NCBI GenBank assembly: GCA_023247035.1
Contig: JAHFHG010000001.1
Location: forward strand, 2,021 to 66,020
DNA: 64,000 nucleotides
Direction: 5' to 3'
Source of the DNA: Candidatus Omnitrophota bacterium
GTDB taxonomy: Bacteria > Omnitrophota > Omnitrophia > Omnitrophales > Aquincolibacteriaceae
Of the stretch, positions 59,050-64,000 are shown piece after piece. Each line of letters begins with the position of its first letter. Position 1 is the stretch's first letter. The notes beneath the pieces were generated by a model, which saw only the letters and a program-made list of their open reading frames with translations, had not been told where the DNA came from and did not search any database. Position numbers and translations under genes: made by a program.

Positions 59050-59208
59050 TTTGCGTGCAATCCATCCACCCCCTTTTCGGAAAAAGACCTGCTTGCTCAG
59101 GTGAACGCCTTCGATGGCAGTGGAAGTCGAAACCGACAGGATAATCAGCTTTCTGCGTTCCGCAGGATCTTTCAGATAAGGGTTGGTTTCGCTCAACGGT
59201 TTTTGCAC
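59008..59208 (-). CDS. Putative Fic antitoxin (small protein with an (S/T)xxxE(G/N) motif)
   Basis: MQKPLSETNPYLKDPAERRKLIILSVSTSTAIEGVHL...; TGcTATAAT lies 6 nt before the GTG. Confidence 0.65.
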   Translation of the reverse strand: MQKPLSETNPYLKDPAERRKLIILSVSTSTAIEGVHLSKQVFFRKGGGWIARKSSSSKSSHRSSNH

Positions 59209-59310
59209 GGCCAAATTATAGCACATTTATCGGGGCACTCTTGGGAAAGGTTTTCACTGCGCATTAAAAATTTCTGACAATCGCCCGCCACGATTGAGTG
59301 GGAGTAAAAA

Positions 59311-59856
59311 ATGGACATCAATGTTATAGCCAAAGTTTTACGTTATTTCGGACTCATTGGGATAGTTATAGGAACTTTTGGATGGATAGCTTATGACAGG
59401 GAAAAGGAAAACAAAGTCATCGGAGATTTATTTTTTAAAGATTTAAGGGCCGGCATTGAGAAGCTTTCTAATGTAGGTAATGGATATGATCACCAAACCC
59501 TTACGGAGAGTGAGTTTGTCAAAAGTTATCACGCCATACTTAAAGTAATTAAGCGAAATGCCCAAAATTTAAAGTATGAGCACGTAACAGGTATCGAAAG
59601 TAAGGCGATAACAAAATACCGTACCTGGGCAGAGGTGGAAAGTCCAGTTATAAATCTCGTGTCACCGCCTATTACGCTTTTATCCTCCATTAAAAAAGGA
59701 GAACAACCCGTTACTACGCTAGATGTATTAAAAAGTTGGATTACTGCTTATGAGATGAGTCAATATTTAATGTGGATTTTTATCAGTTTATTTATAGGCA
59801 TTGTCTTTCAATTCTTGGGCAGCGAATATGGTTATAAAGTAACAAAAATAGAGTGA
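59311..59856 (+). CDS. Hypothetical AT-rich membrane protein (two TM)
   Basis: 181-aa ORF with N- and C-terminal hydrophobic helices and low GC; starts right after the second guaA-end repeat. Confidence 0.7.
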   Translation: MDINVIAKVLRYFGLIGIVIGTFGWIAYDREKENKVIGDLFFKDLRAGIEKLSNVGNGYDHQTLTESEFVKSYHAILKVIKRNAQNLKYEHVTGIESKAITKYRTWAEVESPVINLVSPPITLLSSIKKGEQPVTTLDVLKSWITAYEMSQYLMWIFISLFIGIVFQFLGSEYGYKVTKIE

Positions 59857-59898
59857 TGGACACAAAGAAGGGGACAACTCCAATGAAGGAACGGGTTA

Positions 59899-62800
59899 AT
59901 GCCGCACGTTGATTTTGTTCATCTTCACTGCCATACGCAATACAGCCTTCTCGATGCCGCCTCCAAGATAGCCCCGCTTTTAAAGCGCGCCGCGGAATTG
60001 AAATTTCCCGCCCTGGCGATGACGGATCACGGCAACCTGTTCGGCGCCATTGAATTTTATTCGCAGGCGCATAAGCAGGGGATCAAACCGATTATCGGAA
60101 TGGAAGCCTATATCGCCCCGGGCTCCCGCTTTGAAAAGCAGGCTCACGGGATTAAGGAGGCCTCTTTTCATCTGACGCTTCTGGCCCGCAATGAAACGGG
60201 ATATCAAAACCTGATGAAGCTGACCAGCGCGGGCTACCTCGAGGGCTTTTACTACCGTCCGAGGATCGATAAAGAAATCCTCCAGCAGCATTCCGAAGGG
60301 CTTCTTGCGCTGACCGGCTGCCTTAAAGGCGAGGTCCCTTATTATGTCCGTAACGACCAGCCTCACGAAGCCAAAAAGGCGCTCGGCGAGTTTGTGAACA
60401 TTTTCGGGAAGGAAAATTTTTATTTTGAGGTGATGGATCAAGGGCTTGAACCTCAAAAGAAAATCGCGAATGAATATCTAAAACTATCCAAAGAATACGG
60501 CCTCAAACTCGTCGCCACCAACGACTGCCACTACATTTACCGCCAGCACGCCCAGGCTCACGACGCTCTCATTTGTATTGGGACCGGCTCCACGCTGGAT
60601 GAGCCGAACCGGATGCGCTATCAAGGGGACAATTTTTATATGAAATCGGCCGAAGAAATGAAAGAGCTTTTCAAGGATATTCCCGAGGCTGTTAAGACCA
60701 CGGTCGAAATCGCCGAGCGCTGCAATCTTGAACTGGATTTTTCGAAAACCCATCTGCCCCATTTTGAGCCTCCGCCGGGAAAAACGCAGCGGGGTTATCT
60801 GGAGGAGCTTTGTCTGATCGGGATGAAGACTCGTTTTAAAGGCGCGGAAATCTCTGAGGAATATCCAAAGCGGCTGCGGTATGAGATCGAACTGATTTGC
60901 CGGATGGGCTACACCAGTTATTTTTTAATTGTTTGGGACTTTATCCGGTATGCCCGGGAGCGCGGCATTCCGGTCGGCCCCGGCCGCGGATCTGCGGCGG
61001 GCAGCCTTGCGGCTTATGTTTTAGGCATTACCAATATTGATCCGATCCAGCACGGCCTTATCTTTGAGAGGTTTCTAAATCCCGACAGGGTCAGTATGCC
61101 GGATATTGATATTGATTTTTGTTACGAGCGCCGGGACGAGGTGATCGATTATGTCCGCCGCAAATACGGGAGCGAAAACGTGGCCCAAATCATTACGTTC
61201 GGAACCATGGCCGCGCGCGCCGTGGTCCGCGACGTCGGCCGGGTGATGGGAATTTCTTATCAGGACGTGGACCGGCTGGCCAAGCTGATCCCGATGGAAC
61301 TTAACATTACGATTGAACAGGCCGTCGAGCGCGAGCCCAAGCTGCGCGAAACCATTCAAACCGATTCGCGGATCGCCCAGCTCATTGAAACCTCCAAGGC
61401 CTTGGAAGGGCTTTCGCGCCACGCCTCGACCCACGCGGCCGGCGTGGTCATTTCGGACGTTCCTCTGACGGAGTACGTACCCCTCTTTAAAGCCAATGAG
61501 CAGGTCTCCACGCAATACACAATGAAAGACCTCGAGAAGATCGGCCTTCTTAAAATGGATTTCCTCGGCTTGAAAACGCTCACCATGATTCAGCACACGC
61601 TGAAAATCATCAAACGGACGAGGGGAATAGAACTGGATATTGACAACATTCCCTTTGACGATCCTCCGGCCTACGAAATGCTGGGCAGGGCTGAAGCGGC
61701 CGGCGTGTTCCAGCTTGAAAGTTCGGGCATGCGCGACCTGCTTAAAAAAATGAAGCCCGCCAAGTTTGACCATTTAGTGGCGCTCTTGGCCCTTTATCGT
61801 CCGGGTCCTTTGGGCAGCGGAATGGTGGATGATTTCATTCAGCGTATGCATCAATCGTCTTTGATTAAGTATGACCACCCGGCCTTGGAGCCCGTTTTGA
61901 AAGAGACTTACGGTGTTATTCTCTACCAGGAACAAGTGATGAAAATCGTAAGCGAACTTGCCGGCTTCACCCTTGCCCAGGCCGATTCTCTGCGCCGCGC
62001 GATCGGAAAAAAAATTCCCGAAATTATGGACCGCGAAAAAAAGGCGTTTATCGACGGGGCCATGAAGAAGGGAGTGCGTGAGACCATTGCGGAGAAAATT
62101 TGGAACCTCATCGATTATTTTTCAGGATACGGGTTCAACAAATCCCACTCGACCGCTTATGCCCTTATTTCCTATCAAACCGCCTACTTGAAGGCCCATT
62201 ATCCGATTGAGTTTATGACCGCGCTTTTGACTTCTGAAATGGGCAATACGGATAAAGTCGTCCAGCATATTGAAGAAAGCAAAAAAATGGGGATTCAGGT
62301 CCTGCCGCCTTCCGTGAATGAAAGTTTCGCGGAGTTTACCTGTGTCGGGGACAGGATCCGCTTCGGCCTGACGGCCGTAAAAAATGTGGGAACCACAGCC
62401 ATCGAATCCATTCTGGATTCGCGCCGGAAGATCGGGCCCTTCAAGTCCTTTTTTGATTTTACCGAGCGCGTGGATTTGCGCGTCTGCAACCGGAAGGTTT
62501 TAGAGAGCCTCATTAGATGCGGCGCGTTCGACCCATTCCGGCTTCACCGCTCTCAATTGATGGCGCTGGTTGATCAAGGGCTCGAGCGCGGGGCGAATTT
62601 TCAGAAAGACAGGACTCGCGGGCAATTTTCTTTTTTTGGAAGCCGCGCCGACGTTGCGACCTTTCAGGAAAGCGGAATGGAAATCCCGGACATTCCGGAA
62701 TGGCCTGAAAGCCAGAAGCTCGCTTATGAGCGGGAACTCCTTGGATTTTACGTGAGCTCTCATCCGCTGGCGAATTATTCCAAGATTTTGAAAAATTACG

Positions 62801-63339
62801 CCACGGCTTCAATCTGTTCGCTTCACGAACTGCCCGATCAGGCGGAAGTTACCCTCGGGGGCTTGATTGACAACATCAAAGAAATTTTGACCAAAAAGGG
62901 AGACAAAATGGCCTTTTTGGCGCTGCAGGACCTGAGCGGATCCTGTGAGGTTGTCGTCTTTCCTGAGGTCTACAAAAATTTTCTTTCGCTCATCAAAAAA
63001 GACGCGCCGATTTTTGTCAAAGGCAAGATGAATACGCGCGAAGACATTCCCAAAGTCCTGGCTGAGGAAATCGTACCGATTGAAGAGGTGCAGGCCCGTT
63101 TCACGCGTTCGCTTTTTATTGAATTGCAAACGGCCGGCCTGGATCCCAATTTATTGAAGGATGTCCGCGGGCTTCTTTCCAATTATCGCGGCTCCACGCC
63201 GGTGTATATTCATTTTCGTGACCCGGCAGGCAAGTCCGCAGTTATTTATTTGGGAGAAGACTTGAAAATAAAAACGACGGACGAACTTTTGTCGGTCCTG
63301 GAAAAATTAGTGGGCGAAAATAGCATTAAGATACGATAA
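59899..63339 (+). CDS. dnaE: DNA polymerase III alpha subunit
   Basis: FVHLHCHTQYSLLD, GRGSAAGS, MPDIDIDF, YGFNKSHS, OB fold. Confidence 0.98.
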   Translation: MPHVDFVHLHCHTQYSLLDAASKIAPLLKRAAELKFPALAMTDHGNLFGAIEFYSQAHKQGIKPIIGMEAYIAPGSRFEKQAHGIKEASFHLTLLARNETGYQNLMKLTSAGYLEGFYYRPRIDKEILQQHSEGLLALTGCLKGEVPYYVRNDQPHEAKKALGEFVNIFGKENFYFEVMDQGLEPQKKIANEYLKLSKEYGLKLVATNDCHYIYRQHAQAHDALICIGTGSTLDEPNRMRYQGDNFYMKSAEEMKELFKDIPEAVKTTVEIAERCNLELDFSKTHLPHFEPPPGKTQRGYLEELCLIGMKTRFKGAEISEEYPKRLRYEIELICRMGYTSYFLIVWDFIRYARERGIPVGPGRGSAAGSLAAYVLGITNIDPIQHGLIFERFLNPDRVSMPDIDIDFCYERRDEVIDYVRRKYGSENVAQIITFGTMAARAVVRDVGRVMGISYQDVDRLAKLIPMELNITIEQAVEREPKLRETIQTDSRIAQLIETSKALEGLSRHASTHAAGVVISDVPLTEYVPLFKANEQVSTQYTMKDLEKIGLLKMDFLGLKTLTMIQHTLKIIKRTRGIELDIDNIPFDDPPAYEMLGRAEAAGVFQLESSGMRDLLKKMKPAKFDHLVALLALYRPGPLGSGMVDDFIQRMHQSSLIKYDHPALEPVLKETYGVILYQEQVMKIVSELAGFTLAQADSLRRAIGKKIPEIMDREKKAFIDGAMKKGVRETIAEKIWNLIDYFSGYGFNKSHSTAYALISYQTAYLKAHYPIEFMTALLTSEMGNTDKVVQHIEESKKMGIQVLPPSVNESFAEFTCVGDRIRFGLTAVKNVGTTAIESILDSRRKIGPFKSFFDFTERVDLRVCNRKVLESLIRCGAFDPFRLHRSQLMALVDQGLERGANFQKDRTRGQFSFFGSRADVATFQESGMEIPDIPEWPESQKLAYERELLGFYVSSHPLANYSKILKNYATASICSLHELPDQAEVTLGGLIDNIKEILTKKGDKMAFLALQDLSGSCEVVVFPEVYKNFLSLIKKDAPIFVKGKMNTREDIPKVLAEEIVPIEEVQARFTRSLFIELQTAGLDPNLLKDVRGLLSNYRGSTPVYIHFRDPAGKSAVIYLGEDLKIKTTDELLSVLEKLVGENSIKIR

Positions 63340-63375
63340 CTTCCTTTGCGCCAATGAGTTATATCTAAAATCAGC

Positions 63376-63404
63376 TTGACAATGAAGAAAGGATTTGCTA
63401 ATTT
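63376..63404 (+). promoter_or_regulatory. Promoter of the HU/IHF gene
   Basis: TTGACA-N17-TAATTT with an extended TG. Confidence 0.5.
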
Positions 63405-63465
63405 TGCGTATCTTTAAGCAATTCAAAGAGTTGTATTCATTGCAAGCAGAAGATCAAAAAGGGAG

Positions 63466-63744
63466 GTGCGCGTGACAAAAAAAGATATCGTAATAAAAGT
63501 TTCAAACGAGACGAATCTCACCCAGATTGACGTAAAAAAAATTGTTCAAAGGACTCTTGATGTCGTCATTGAGAGCCTTGAACGGGGGGAGACGGTGGAA
63601 TTGAGAAATTTCGGTGTTTTTAAAGTCAAACACAGGCGCGGCCGCGTCGGGCGCAACCCCCGAACAGGCGACGAAGTTTCTGTCCCGGAAAAAAAAGTCG
63701 TGGTCTTTAAACCGGGTTTGATTTTAAAACAAAGGGTTAAATAA
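63466..63744 (+). CDS. HU/IHF family DNA-binding protein
   Basis: [25 protein letters not shown]. Confidence 0.95.
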   Translation: MRVTKKDIVIKVSNETNLTQIDVKKIVQRTLDVVIESLERGETVELRNFGVFKVKHRRGRVGRNPRTGDEVSVPEKKVVVFKPGLILKQRVK

Positions 63745-63790
63745 CGAATTTAGACCGTCACCTAGCAAAGAAAGATGGAGGAAGAAAAGA

Positions 63791-64000
63791 ATGTCAGAGA
63801 AGGGGAAAGTAAAGTGGTTTTCAAATGTCAAAGGATATGGATTTCTTGAAAAAGACGGCGGGGGAGAGGACATTTTCGTTCATTACTCGGTGATCCAGGG
63901 CGAAGGCTATAAAAAACTTGAAGAGGGTGAAGAAGTGACTTTTGACATCGTCAAGGGTGAAAAAGGCCCTCAAGCTGCCAATGTTGTACGTTCCAAGAAG
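63791..64000 (+). CDS. Second cold-shock protein (runs off the window end)
   Basis: Not in the ORF track. Translates [70 protein letters not shown]. Confidence 0.93.
   Translation, partial: MSEKGKVKWFSNVKGYGFLEKDGGGEDIFVHYSVIQGEGYKKLEEGEEVTFDIVKGEKGPQAANVVRSKK

Larger units (their letters stand above)
58364..59306. mobile_element. 920-bp cassette flanked by 23-bp direct repeats of the guaA 3' end (att-like)
   Basis: CCCGCCACGATTGAGTGGGAGTA occurs exactly at 58364-58386 and 59284-59306. Confidence 0.85.

Overview
A 64 kb bacterial chromosomal window from a diderm organism (lpxD, OPX/beta-barrel exporters). The gene content suggests a PVC-superphylum or Omnitrophota-like organism, but this is an unverified impression. 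Core content in order: a pstSCAB-phoU operon, a cold-shock gene with a delta-9-type desaturase, a patch of three decayed genes, polX-nth-queG, a futalosine-pathway menaquinone operon, and a large dispersed surface-polysaccharide region. That region holds a Cys-rich repeat protein, a Wzy/WaaL-type protein, GGDEF and HD-GYP proteins, a TPR protein, an OM beta-barrel, two OPX/Wzc pairs, a WecA-type transferase, an ExeA ATPase, gspG and methylated-sugar enzymes, and it is interrupted by nifS-mrp-folE and surA-lpxD. The window ends with guaB3-guaA, dnaE, HU and a second csp. The most notable observations are: (1) a 920-bp integrase-less cassette bounded by exact 23-bp repeats of the guaA 3' end, carrying a Fic enzyme and a convergent, apparently leaderless small gene with a Fic-inhibitory STAIEG motif; (2) intrinsic terminators inside the guaB and csp leaders; (3) two architecturally different OPX export modules; (4) several families of small palindromic elements, one inside the nth coding sequence. 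No tRNA, rRNA or CRISPR array was seen. All calls come from reading motifs by eye; no searches were run.
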